This document shows, piece by piece, positions 39,303 through 48,391 of a stretch of 64,000 nucleotides of DNA. The DNA is from a virus. The DNA lies in IMG/VR virus record IMGVR_UViG_3300024346_000017, positions 49,109-113,108 of that record. One strand, written 5' to 3'. Numbering within the stretch: position 1 is the stretch's first letter; every line of letters starts with the position of its first letter. The position numbers and the translations under genes are program-made. The notes below the pieces were generated by a model. It searched no databases and had not been told where the DNA came from. It saw only the letters and a program-made list of their open reading frames with translations.

Positions 39303-39330
39303 TTGACAATATAGCACATAATGCTACAAT
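39303..39330 (+). promoter_or_regulatory. Near-consensus promoter opening the replication block
   Basis: TTGACA-16-TACAAT with TG extension. Confidence 0.8.
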
Positions 39331-39344
39331 TTGATGTAGCGCTA

Positions 39345-39366
39345 AGGCCATGAATATTCATGGCCT
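39345..39366. promoter_or_regulatory. Perfect 22-bp palindrome (operator or 5'UTR hairpin)
   Basis: AGGCCATGAAT|ATTCATGGCCT. Confidence 0.55.
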
Positions 39367-39385
39367 ATTAACATTAGGGTAAATA

Positions 39386-40186
39386 ATGACAAACGATTTA
39401 AAGTGGATGCTATCTTCGGACCAGCAATTCCCTTATCAAGATGACAAGATGATCGAGCTTTGGTTTAAAGTAATGAAGTGGTTTAAGCCAGATGTCGTTG
39501 ACTACCTTGGTGATACAGATGATCAGGCATGCTATAGTAAGTATACAGAAGGCCGTTCAGCAGAATTTATGCAGCTTCACAAAAATGATAGCAGAGATTT
39601 AATAGTTCCAATGATGAGACATGAAGCAAAGGGCGCTAGAGATTTTTACGCAAAGACAAGAGAGATGCTTCCTAATGCACAATTATTTTCTGCTTTGGGT
39701 AACCACGACATTCGTATCTTTAACTATGTTGATGCCAAGCTCCCAGATTATATCAATGAAGTAACACCAGAAGCCTTGTGGTCCTTAGACTCACTTGGCT
39801 ACGAATATATTTATTATGACGAGCTTCCTAAGCGCCGTTTTGGAGACATTCACGTGCACCACGGACTTTCTATTGCAGCAACAGGATCGGCAAGAAAAGA
39901 CATGGAAGACATGCAGATCTCATTAATTCGTGGGCACTCTCACAGAATTGCTTCGCATATGGTAACATATGAACTTAGAAATAATGGAGAGGGAGAAACT
40001 CTTCGTGGATATGAGATTGGTCACATGTGTGACGAAAAGGGTCCAGGAATGAAGTATACTCAACACCATGATTGGCAAAAAGGATTTGCCGTTGCACATA
40101 TTGTTAATGATTATCCTCACATTCAAATGATCCATGTTTCACCAGACTACTCATGTGTCGTGGATGGAAAGTTCTTTCAAGTATGA
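39386..40186 (+). CDS. Calcineurin-like metallophosphoesterase
   Basis: SDQQ, LGD.DD, GNHD, HHG, GHSHR. Confidence 0.85.
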   Translation: MTNDLKWMLSSDQQFPYQDDKMIELWFKVMKWFKPDVVDYLGDTDDQACYSKYTEGRSAEFMQLHKNDSRDLIVPMMRHEAKGARDFYAKTREMLPNAQLFSALGNHDIRIFNYVDAKLPDYINEVTPEALWSLDSLGYEYIYYDELPKRRFGDIHVHHGLSIAATGSARKDMEDMQISLIRGHSHRIASHMVTYELRNNGEGETLRGYEIGHMCDEKGPGMKYTQHHDWQKGFAVAHIVNDYPHIQMIHVSPDYSCVVDGKFFQV

Positions 40187-40371
40187 TAAAGTGTAATAAA
40201 TGCGGAGGAAGAGTATTCATAGATAGAGTATTCTCTCAAAAAATGCATATGGAATTGTTTTGCATCATGTGCGGTAAGCGCTGGATGATGAATAAGAATA
40301 CAAATAAGTTGGGGAAATGGCTAGAGACACTAGAGGAAAATCACTCAAAGAAATACGGTATTTCTTCTTAA
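40183..40371 (+). CDS. Zn-ribbon protein
   Basis: CNKCGG...FCIMCG; ATGA overlap start at 40183. Confidence 0.7.
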   Translation: MIKCNKCGGRVFIDRVFSQKMHMELFCIMCGKRWMMNKNTNKLGKWLETLEENHSKKYGISS

Positions 40372-40799
40372 ACGGAAAAATACATAAGACTCTTAGTTTA
40401 TCTAGAGCTAAGGATCAGGTAATTGCTTGGTCTTATATAGATAAAAAAAGAATGCTGTATCCATACTCAGAAGTAAATAAAAGTATGGGTAACGCATATA
40501 GTATTGTTGAAGTGGCCTCCATGCTTAATAAGCATAGGGTTACAATACAGGATTATATTCTAGAGGAAAAAATTAAGTGTCCACAAAAGATTTATCCAAT
40601 AGGCAGTGGCTCAGAAGACAAATGGTATAAATATATGTTTAGCGACAAAGACGTACTTGACCTACACGAGTATATCCTTGAATCTGGACATTCAAAAAAT
40701 GTTCCGTCTAAGGCGGAACTAATAGCTCTTCTCAAACACAGTTTTATATTGTATACTAAGACAGACAGTGGCTTTGTCCCAGTATGGAAGGCGGAGTAA
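40317..40799 (+). CDS. HTH DNA-binding protein
   Basis: YSIVEVASMLNKHRVTIQDYI. Confidence 0.7.
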   Translation: MARDTRGKSLKEIRYFFLNGKIHKTLSLSRAKDQVIAWSYIDKKRMLYPYSEVNKSMGNAYSIVEVASMLNKHRVTIQDYILEEKIKCPQKIYPIGSGSEDKWYKYMFSDKDVLDLHEYILESGHSKNVPSKAELIALLKHSFILYTKTDSGFVPVWKAE

Positions 40800-40912
40800 T
40801 GGAAAAGAGTAGAGTTGTTACTTGCGATATTTGTAAAAGAGACATAGAAGTTCGCTGGGGCATATTCGCCAGCGATACATTAAACAGACACAAGAAGGCG
40901 GAGCACAAATGA
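40799..40912 (+). CDS. 37-aa C2H2/BED-like zinc-finger microprotein (absent from ORF track)
   Basis: MEKSRVVTCDICKRDIEVRWGIFASDTLNRHKKAEHK; TAATG and ATGA coupling at the two ends. Confidence 0.7.
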   Translation: MEKSRVVTCDICKRDIEVRWGIFASDTLNRHKKAEHK

Positions 40913-41112
40913 CAACAAGAGTTAAGGTAGATCTTTCTTTTACTAGAAATCTTGGTAACTATGAAAGCATTAGAATTAATGTTGGCGTGGAAGATGATGT
41001 GCGTTCTGGTGAGACTGTTGATGCTGCTACCGAAAGAGTATACGCATTTGTGGAAAGCAAGCTTGTTCAAAAAACAAGTGAGGTAGAGGAAGAGCTTAAG
41101 AGTGGCAAATAA
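40909..41112 (+). CDS. Hypothetical protein
   Basis: FTRNLGNYESIRI; SD GGAG. Confidence 0.7.
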   Translation: MTTRVKVDLSFTRNLGNYESIRINVGVEDDVRSGETVDAATERVYAFVESKLVQKTSEVEEELKSGK

Positions 41113-41422
41113 TAAAGAGCCATATATTCTTATGACTAATTACCAGAATCTCTACAAGGAGAAATACGGGAAGATGCCTACTCTAAATAAGTTTAGGGAG
41201 AAGTGGGCTATGCAAGATGTAATTGATAGCGTGGGATTTCAAAAAGCTAACGACCTACTGTCTTATTATTTCAGCCTAGAAAAAACAGGGCACCCACTGC
41301 AATTCTTTTATTATAACTTTGATAAAATGGAAAATGCTAGAATAGAGTTACAAAAAGATATTGAGACACGCCGACTATTGCGAGAGTCTACTAAGAAGAT
41401 GGTGGAAGAAGGCGGGCTATGA
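41102..41422 (+). CDS. Hypothetical protein before helicase
   Basis: Overlapping operon gene. Confidence 0.65.
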   Translation: MANNKEPYILMTNYQNLYKEKYGKMPTLNKFREKWAMQDVIDSVGFQKANDLLSYYFSLEKTGHPLQFFYYNFDKMENARIELQKDIETRRLLRESTKKMVEEGGL

Positions 41423-42666
41423 ATACAGAAGCAACATTAATCTCGGCTATATGTAAGAATAAAGACATTAGCACTGTTATGGCAGAGAATGTAGATGAGC
41501 TGTTTACTTCCCATGGAGATGTTTGGAATGGCCTTAAGTCATACTATAATCAATTCAAGGCTATCCCAGAAGTTGGAATCCTACAAGAAAAGTTTAAAGA
41601 CTTTGAGCCAGATTTAAATGCAACAGCAGAGACTGCTTATTATTTAGATAATCTAAAGAATGAGTTTTTGTCTAGCAGACTAAAGAGCATTTTAATTCGT
41701 GGCGGATCAATGCTAAAAGAAGATGCTGCCTCCAGAGTAATTGGAGAACTTCAGTCACAGCTTTCTAGTTTAAATAAATATACTAATAATGTACGTGACT
41801 TAGATGTTACAGACTCAGACAACGCCATTAAGCATTTAGAGGCTCTGAAGGTCCGTACAGCCGAGATGGGTGGCTCCCCAGGCATTAAGACTGGCTTCCA
41901 GTCAATTGACCTTGCATACCCCACTGGAATGGCTCCAGGGCACCTTATAGTCGCTATTGGCTGGCCAGGTAGGGGTAAGACATGGTTTACCTCATATCTA
42001 GCCTGCAAGGCTTGGGAGCAGGGATTTAAGCCTATGATCGTTTCTCTTGAAATGACTCCAGAGAATATGCGTGACCGTATTTACACCATGCTTGGCTCTG
42101 GGCTATTTAAGGCTAGTGATTTTGCAAAGGGCGATATTAATATTGATGACTTTAGAAGTTGGTCTAGCAAAAAGTTTGCTGACAAGAATAAGTTTATCTT
42201 GGTATCTAATGAAGGTTCTGGAAATGTAACTCCAAATGCAATCCAAGCTAAGATAGATCAGCACAAACCAGACATTGTTATTTTGGATTATCACCAGTTA
42301 TTTACAGATAACAATAACTCTAAGGCACCAACAGAACGAAACATGAATATTTCTCGTGAGTTTAAAAACTTGGCGGTCAGAAATAATATTCCTATTATCG
42401 ACATTACTGCTGCAACTGCAGATGATATTACAGACCAAGACAATCCTCCAATGATGAGTCAGGTTGCATGGTCAAAGGCTATTGAATATGATGCTGATAT
42501 GGCTATGGCAATCCATAAGTACAAGGGAACAGACATGATTGAAATTGTTTCTCGAAAGAATAGACACGGACATGACTTTGGAGTATTCTTAGACTGGGAT
42601 ATCAACAGGGGTATCGTCAAAGAGATTTACGAAAACCCGTTTGCTGATGACACACAAAAGAATTAA
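41419..42666 (+). CDS. dnaB: DnaB-like replicative helicase
   Basis: Walker A GWPGRGKT, SLEM, ILDY.QL, IEYDAD, KNRHG. Confidence 0.93.
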   Translation: MNTEATLISAICKNKDISTVMAENVDELFTSHGDVWNGLKSYYNQFKAIPEVGILQEKFKDFEPDLNATAETAYYLDNLKNEFLSSRLKSILIRGGSMLKEDAASRVIGELQSQLSSLNKYTNNVRDLDVTDSDNAIKHLEALKVRTAEMGGSPGIKTGFQSIDLAYPTGMAPGHLIVAIGWPGRGKTWFTSYLACKAWEQGFKPMIVSLEMTPENMRDRIYTMLGSGLFKASDFAKGDINIDDFRSWSSKKFADKNKFILVSNEGSGNVTPNAIQAKIDQHKPDIVILDYHQLFTDNNNSKAPTERNMNISREFKNLAVRNNIPIIDITAATADDITDQDNPPMMSQVAWSKAIEYDADMAMAIHKYKGTDMIEIVSRKNRHGHDFGVFLDWDINRGIVKEIYENPFADDTQKN

Positions 42667-42949
42667 AAGATTTCAAATTGATGTACAGTTTCATGATAAC
42701 GCACAGCTCATAAGCTTAAGGCCTCAGTATGAAAACTTGCTGGTGCAAGACATGCGTGGCAAAGGTTATGTCAGAGTGCTAGATATTGATCCAGCTTTCT
42801 CGATAGAGTTTACTGGAGAGACATGGAGATTCTTAATGACTCTTCATGGGATATATGTGGGAAAGAAGAAGGCATGGCAATTCGAGGGTACAACTCAAAA
42901 CAGATTGATACCAAGGAATACGCCCCAAGCCACATTAAGTCAGTCCTAA
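42647..42949 (+). CDS. Hypothetical protein between helicase and primase
   Basis: Overlaps both neighbours; DMRGKGYVRVLDID. Confidence 0.6.
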   Translation: MTHKRIKRFQIDVQFHDNAQLISLRPQYENLLVQDMRGKGYVRVLDIDPAFSIEFTGETWRFLMTLHGIYVGKKKAWQFEGTTQNRLIPRNTPQATLSQS

Positions 42950-43869
42950 AAGAAATTGGATTGAATATTGTTGGTGAGACAGGCAATGACTTCCTATGCT
43001 ACTGCCCATTTCACTCTAACAGACATACATCTAGCTTTAGCGTAAGCCAAACATCTGGAGCATTTATTTGCTTTAATCCTGCATGTGGAGAAACTGGCAC
43101 ACTAATAGATTTAATTAAACGCACTATGCATAAGAATGATTTTCAATCATTAAGATTAATTGCAGCCAAAGAAACAGAAGTCCTAAATAACTTTGATGAG
43201 ATAATGGAAGAGATGCTTGAAGACAAGCCTACCTTCGAAGAGTTTTCTCAAGACACCATAGATAGACTACACGCAGATCTTGCTGGCAATGGTAGCGCCA
43301 GATCTTATCTTGAGTCTAGAGGAATTAATATAGAGTCTATGAAACACTTTAATCTTGGGTATTCTCCAGCAATGAACATGGTAGTTACTCCAGTGCATAG
43401 TCCAGACGGAATACCAATTGGTATAGTTGGCAGATCAATTGAAGGAAAAACTTTTAAGAATAGCACCAGTTTGCCAAAAAGCAAAACGTTATTTAATATA
43501 CATAGGGCTAAAAAGATTGGCGACCAAGTAATAGTTTGTGAGTCTAATTTTGATGCAATAAGAATTCATCAGGCTGGCTTCCCAAATGTTGTTGCTACAC
43601 TTGGCGGCTTTCTGTCTAATGAGCAGCAGTCTTTATTAAATAGACATTTTAATAAGATAATTATTATGACAGATGCAGATGAAGCTGGCAGAGAACTAGG
43701 AAGATCTATTTCTAGCAAGCTACGCAACAAAGATATTTCTTGGGCTTCTTCTGGATATCGTGAGATATATCCAAATAAAGCTAAAGATGCTGGTGATTTA
43801 ACTGAAGAAGAAATAAAGACATGCATAAAAAAGTCCGTATCAGATATTGAATATCGCTCATGGATATGA
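42874..43869 (+). CDS. dnaG: DNA primase (CHC2 Zn finger plus TOPRIM)
   Basis: CPFH...CFNPAC, VCESNFDA, DADEAG, KDAGD; start estimated. Confidence 0.9.
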   Translation: MAIRGYNSKQIDTKEYAPSHIKSVLKEIGLNIVGETGNDFLCYCPFHSNRHTSSFSVSQTSGAFICFNPACGETGTLIDLIKRTMHKNDFQSLRLIAAKETEVLNNFDEIMEEMLEDKPTFEEFSQDTIDRLHADLAGNGSARSYLESRGINIESMKHFNLGYSPAMNMVVTPVHSPDGIPIGIVGRSIEGKTFKNSTSLPKSKTLFNIHRAKKIGDQVIVCESNFDAIRIHQAGFPNVVATLGGFLSNEQQSLLNRHFNKIIIMTDADEAGRELGRSISSKLRNKDISWASSGYREIYPNKAKDAGDLTEEEIKTCIKKSVSDIEYRSWI

Positions 43870-43875
43870 TATACT
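43867..43875 (+). promoter_or_regulatory. Extended -10 TGATATACT using the primase stop codon
   Basis: Upstream of small hairpin gatgg-atttaca-ccatc and SD AGGAG. Confidence 0.55.
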
Positions 43876-43923
43876 AAAACAACAGATGGATTTACACCAT
43901 CAACTATATAAAAAGGAGATACA

Positions 43924-44601
43924 ATGGGTATCGTTAAAGGCCTAAAGGGCTTAAATCAAGTAATGGACAAGCCTTCATACAGCGAAGGTGACGGAACAAA
44001 AGCACGTTGGGCAAAGCTAGAAGATGCGGAGAGCGTTAAAGTTCGCTTCCTGCAGGAACTAGATCCAGACTCACCGATGTACAACGAAAAAAATGGTTTG
44101 GGTTTTATTGCCGTAGAGCATACTAACCCTAAAGACTATAAGCGCAAGGCACTATGTTCAATGGAAGATCAAGGCAAGTGCTATGGTTGCGAACAACACC
44201 GTAAGGATTACAAGGCGGGATGGAAGGGTCGTTCACGACTTTACATGAACGTACTTATTGATGATGGTAAAGAAGAGCCATACGTAGCAATTCTTTCTCA
44301 AGGTTCAAGCGGAAAGACTATCACTCCAACACTAATTGAGTATGCAGGTGAAATGGGAAGCATTAGCAATCTAATGTGGCGCATTAAGCGTACTGGCACA
44401 AAGACAGACACAAGCTATACAATCATTCCTTTGGCTAAGGATGAAGCACCATTTGATTCATCAGCACTTGAGCTGTATGACTTAGAAACAACAGCAATCC
44501 GTGACTTGCCTTACACAGAGCAAGAAGCATTCTTTAATGGAGAAGGCGGATCTCAAGAGAGTGCCGCATCTTCAGACTCAGACAGCAGCCTAGTCTGGTA
44601 A
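43924..44601 (+). CDS. Single-stranded DNA-binding protein (gp32-like)
   Basis: VRFL, H...C...C..C Zn site, IKRTG...DTSY, acidic/Ser tail ending in W. Confidence 0.8.
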   Translation: MGIVKGLKGLNQVMDKPSYSEGDGTKARWAKLEDAESVKVRFLQELDPDSPMYNEKNGLGFIAVEHTNPKDYKRKALCSMEDQGKCYGCEQHRKDYKAGWKGRSRLYMNVLIDDGKEEPYVAILSQGSSGKTITPTLIEYAGEMGSISNLMWRIKRTGTKTDTSYTIIPLAKDEAPFDSSALELYDLETTAIRDLPYTEQEAFFNGEGGSQESAASSDSDSSLVW

Positions 44602-44611
44602 CTAATTATAT

Positions 44612-44646
44612 ACAGGGGCAGTCTATTGACTGCCCCTGTGTTATTT
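44612..44646 (+). terminator. Perfect 12-bp hairpin overlapping the next -35
   Basis: acaggggcagtc-tatt-gactgcccctgt-gttattt. Confidence 0.8.
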
Positions 44647-44654
44647 AGTAGAAT
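44626..44654 (+). promoter_or_regulatory. sigma70-type promoter (leaderless)
   Basis: TTGACT-17-TAGAAT; ATG 44661 is 6 nt downstream. Confidence 0.75.
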
Positions 44655-44660
44655 AACATA

Positions 44661-44867
44661 ATGATCTCATACGAAATACCAGATCCGTTTGATACTTTTG
44701 TATCTAATAAGTATCGAGACTATAAAGGCATGCTATACGATTTTTTTGCCAGGGAGTGGCACATAAAATGTGGATGCTGCAAAGAAGATTTATATGCACC
44801 AAACAAAAAAACAATGATAAAGATTAGACTTTATCATACTCGAAATGAATGCATGGGCGGATACTAA
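44661..44867 (+). CDS. Small Cys/His protein
   Basis: CGCC...H....C; TAATG-coupled to dnaE. Confidence 0.65.
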   Translation: MISYEIPDPFDTFVSNKYRDYKGMLYDFFAREWHIKCGCCKEDLYAPNKKTMIKIRLYHTRNECMGGY

Positions 44868-47800
44868 TGAGCTTCACACACTTACACGTTCATTCCTATT
44901 ATTCATTAATGGATGGGTTAAATTCACCTAAAGAATTATGTCAGGCAGCCTTGGATGCTGGCCAAACAGCAATTGCAATTACAGATCATGGAACCCTTTC
45001 TTCCCATAGAGATATGCAAATTGCAGCAAAAGAAGTTGGTATAAAGCCAATCCTTGGTGTAGAGGCTTACATTTCTCCAACAGATAGATTTGATAGATCT
45101 TCTAAAACAGATAAATCTATTCAAGCATACAATCATATTATTTTATTAGCTAAGAATAAAAAAGGGCTGGAGAACATTAATGCTCTTCAGGAGCTTGCAT
45201 GGAATGAAGGATTTTATCACAAACCAAGAATTGACAGAGAGGTTTTAAATGATTATAGCGAAGGTATTATCGTTCTCAGCGGATGTCTTAATGGACTCAT
45301 TAGTAAGGCTATCGATAAAGGTAACATGGAGGAAGCAGAACTTCTTCTCAAAGGCTTTAAACAAACTTTCGGACAAGATTTTTACGTGGAAGTGCAATCA
45401 CATAACCCTGTGGAGATCAACTCTGCCCTTTTAGAATTAGCAGACAAGCTTGGAATTAAGTCGGTAGCAACAGGCGATGCCCACTTTGCTAAAGAAGAAG
45501 ATAGAATTTTAGAAGAAGCATTACTTATTCTTTCAACATCACCTAAGATTGACAAGGACTCAGACTTTGAGATGTCTCGTAATATAAAAGACATGATGGA
45601 AAGATTTAACTATCTGTACCCAGATCGTAGAATTTCTTTTCAAGATTATAACCTTTTCATTCAGTCCAGAGAAGAGATTGAAGCAGACTTTAATAAAGCT
45701 GGAATCACTCGCACAGACATATATGAAAACACAATGGAGATTGCAGATAAGATTAAGGAATATGATTTTCATCAAGGACTAGATCTTCTACCAGTTCCAA
45801 AAACAGATGCGGATGACAAGCTTCGTGAAATGGCATATGCTGGACTAGAAAAACTTGGATTTGCAGATAACAAAGTTTACACAGATAGAGTTGAAGAAGA
45901 GCTTTCTGTAATTGCATCCAAGAGCTTTGCATCTTACTTTTTAGTTATTGCAGACATGATTGATTGGGCAAAGACTAATGACATTCGCGTTGGTCCAGGC
46001 CGCGGATCAGCAGCAGGCTCCCTAGTATGTTACTCCTTGGGTATAACAGATGTTGATCCAATTAAATATGACTTGTTGTTCTTTAGATTCATTAACCCAG
46101 AACGTAATGACTTCCCAGATATCGATACTGACTTTGAAGACCGCCGTCGTAAGGAAGTAAAAGAATACTTAAAGAAAAAGTTTAAGCACGTAGCATCTAT
46201 TTCAACGTACACTTACTTTAAAGATAAGGGTGTAATCCGTGATGCTGCAAGAATTTTTATGGTTCCATTACAAGAAGTTAATCGTGCAATGAAATCAATT
46301 GACACGTTTGAAGACTTTATTTCTTCTCCCAATACAAAAGAGTTTAGGGCCAAGTACCCAGAAGTAGTTTGGCTTGCAGACAGATTGCGTGGAAGAATTA
46401 GATCGGTTGGAGTACATGCCGCTGGAGTTGTTGTAGCCAAGGATGATTTAAGAAAGTTTGCCCCAGTTGAATCAAGAGAAGATGCACAAGATAAGGTATC
46501 AGGAAGAATTCCAGTCGTCGCATACGACATGGATACGGTTGCGGATATAGGTCTTATTAAACTAGATGCACTAGGACTTAAGACCTTATCTGTAATTTCT
46601 GATACGCTTAAATCAATTAAGTCTAGAACAGGCAAAGACATTGTTTTGTCAGACATGCCCTTGGATGATCCACAAGTTTATAAAATGCTTAGCGAAGGAT
46701 ATACTAAAGGTGTGTTCCAGGCAGAAGCAACCCCATACACAAACCTTCTCATTAAGATGGGAACAGATAAGTTTGAAGACTTAGTTGCATCCAATGCTCT
46801 TGTTCGACCAGGAGCTATGAATACAGTTGGTGCTGCGTACATTAAGCGTAAGAATGGTAATGAGGCTGTAGATTACACCCATGCAATCATGAAGCCCTTT
46901 ACCGAGAATACATATGGTGTTATTATATATCAAGAGCAAGTTATGCAGGCATGCGTACACTTGGGTGGTATGACTTGGGCAGAGGCTGATAAGGTCCGCA
47001 AGATTATTGGAAAGAAAAAAGATGCAAAAGAGTTTGACCAGTTCAAAGATAGGTTTGTTACTGGGGCTTCAGAACACATTACTAAGAAAAAAGCAGAAGC
47101 GCTATGGCATGATTTTGAAGCGCATGCTGGTTATTCTTTTAACCGTTCCCATGCTGTTGCTTACTCTATGCTTAGTTACTATACTGCTTGGCTTAAGTTT
47201 TATTATCCACTTGAGTTCATGTTTTCGATTCTTAAAAATGAAAATGATAAAGATGCTAGGACTGAGTACTTAATTGAATCCAAGAGACTAGGACTAAAGG
47301 TTTTATTGCCACACATTAATGAATCTGGACTATACTTCTCTCTTCAAAAGGATGCAATTAGATTTGGATTAGCTGAGATTAAATTTATATCAGACAACAT
47401 TGCAAATAAGATTATTGATAATAGGCCCTATGACAGTTATCAAAACTTTGTTTCAATAGCATCTGCCAAGGGCAGTGGAATAAATAGTAGAGCCATAAGC
47501 TCACTCAATGCAATCGGTGCAGCTGCGTTTAAAGACAATTTAAGAAGCGGTAATGAAAAGGATAACTACTACGAGTATCTTGGTATTCCAACATTTAATC
47601 TAGAAGGAATTCCACCTAGGGTTAAGGCACAGGCTAGGCCGATTGAAGACTTTGATGATCTAGGATCATTTGTTATGTTTGGAATGGTTAAGGGAATTAA
47701 ACGTGGAACTGGCTGGGCAAGAGTTGAGATTGTAGATGAGACTGGATCAATAGGTCTTTTCCATAATGAGCAAACACAAATTGAAGTTGGTCAGATGTAT

Positions 47801-48136
47801 TTTATTCTTGTTGGAGACAACAGAATTGCCAGGTACATAAAGGTTTCCGATATCGATCCTTCATCAAATGATATGTTTGTTGACTACCTATATCGAAAAG
47901 AATATGACCTTGAAGATGATGAGTATATGGTTGTAAACTTTACTCCATATGTAACAAAGGCTGGTAAGACTATGAGCCACATAGTTCTATCAAATAAAAA
48001 TAAGGAGCTCACAAGAGCTATTGCTTTCCCAACAATGTACAAGATGACGCTTGCAAAAATGCGTGAGGGAATGAAGTGTAAGGTTGTTCTATCAAAACTA
48101 GATGATGGAACTATGAATGTAAAGGAAATAAAATGA
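44867..48136 (+). CDS. dnaE: DNA polymerase III alpha subunit
   Basis: PHP motifs HLHVHS/TDHG/DAH, GRGSAAGSL, PDIDTDF, YSFNRSHA; start revised to 44867. Confidence 0.97.
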   Translation: MSFTHLHVHSYYSLMDGLNSPKELCQAALDAGQTAIAITDHGTLSSHRDMQIAAKEVGIKPILGVEAYISPTDRFDRSSKTDKSIQAYNHIILLAKNKKGLENINALQELAWNEGFYHKPRIDREVLNDYSEGIIVLSGCLNGLISKAIDKGNMEEAELLLKGFKQTFGQDFYVEVQSHNPVEINSALLELADKLGIKSVATGDAHFAKEEDRILEEALLILSTSPKIDKDSDFEMSRNIKDMMERFNYLYPDRRISFQDYNLFIQSREEIEADFNKAGITRTDIYENTMEIADKIKEYDFHQGLDLLPVPKTDADDKLREMAYAGLEKLGFADNKVYTDRVEEELSVIASKSFASYFLVIADMIDWAKTNDIRVGPGRGSAAGSLVCYSLGITDVDPIKYDLLFFRFINPERNDFPDIDTDFEDRRRKEVKEYLKKKFKHVASISTYTYFKDKGVIRDAARIFMVPLQEVNRAMKSIDTFEDFISSPNTKEFRAKYPEVVWLADRLRGRIRSVGVHAAGVVVAKDDLRKFAPVESREDAQDKVSGRIPVVAYDMDTVADIGLIKLDALGLKTLSVISDTLKSIKSRTGKDIVLSDMPLDDPQVYKMLSEGYTKGVFQAEATPYTNLLIKMGTDKFEDLVASNALVRPGAMNTVGAAYIKRKNGNEAVDYTHAIMKPFTENTYGVIIYQEQVMQACVHLGGMTWAEADKVRKIIGKKKDAKEFDQFKDRFVTGASEHITKKKAEALWHDFEAHAGYSFNRSHAVAYSMLSYYTAWLKFYYPLEFMFSILKNENDKDARTEYLIESKRLGLKVLLPHINESGLYFSLQKDAIRFGLAEIKFISDNIANKIIDNRPYDSYQNFVSIASAKGSGINSRAISSLNAIGAAAFKDNLRSGNEKDNYYEYLGIPTFNLEGIPPRVKAQARPIEDFDDLGSFVMFGMVKGIKRGTGWARVEIVDETGSIGLFHNEQTQIEVGQMYFILVGDNRIARYIKVSDIDPSSNDMFVDYLYRKEYDLEDDEYMVVNFTPYVTKAGKTMSHIVLSNKNKELTRAIAFPTMYKMTLAKMREGMKCKVVLSKLDDGTMNVKEIK

Positions 48137-48330
48137 GCGATACAAATATTCAAGATGTTTATGCACAGCTAAATATTGCTAAAATTTTAATTGCAGTAAT
48201 TGAAAGCCTTGGAGAAATTGCCGTACCAGTTGACAAGTTTATAAATGTAAACAATGAAGACAAGGAATTGCAAGTAGATTATAATGAGGCCGACAACACA
48301 TTTGCATTTAAGCTTAAGCAAAAGGATTAA
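48133..48330 (+). CDS. Hypothetical protein
   Basis: ATGA-coupled; SD AAGGA. Confidence 0.65.
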   Translation: MSDTNIQDVYAQLNIAKILIAVIESLGEIAVPVDKFINVNNEDKELQVDYNEADNTFAFKLKQKD

Positions 48331-48339
48331 TATAAACGC

Positions 48340-48368
48340 TTCACAACAATTTATTTAAATGGTATACT
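48340..48368 (+). promoter_or_regulatory. sigma70-type promoter
   Basis: TTCACA-17-TATACT with TG extension. Confidence 0.7.
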
Positions 48369-48391
48369 AGTAGAGAGAAGAAAGAATATAA

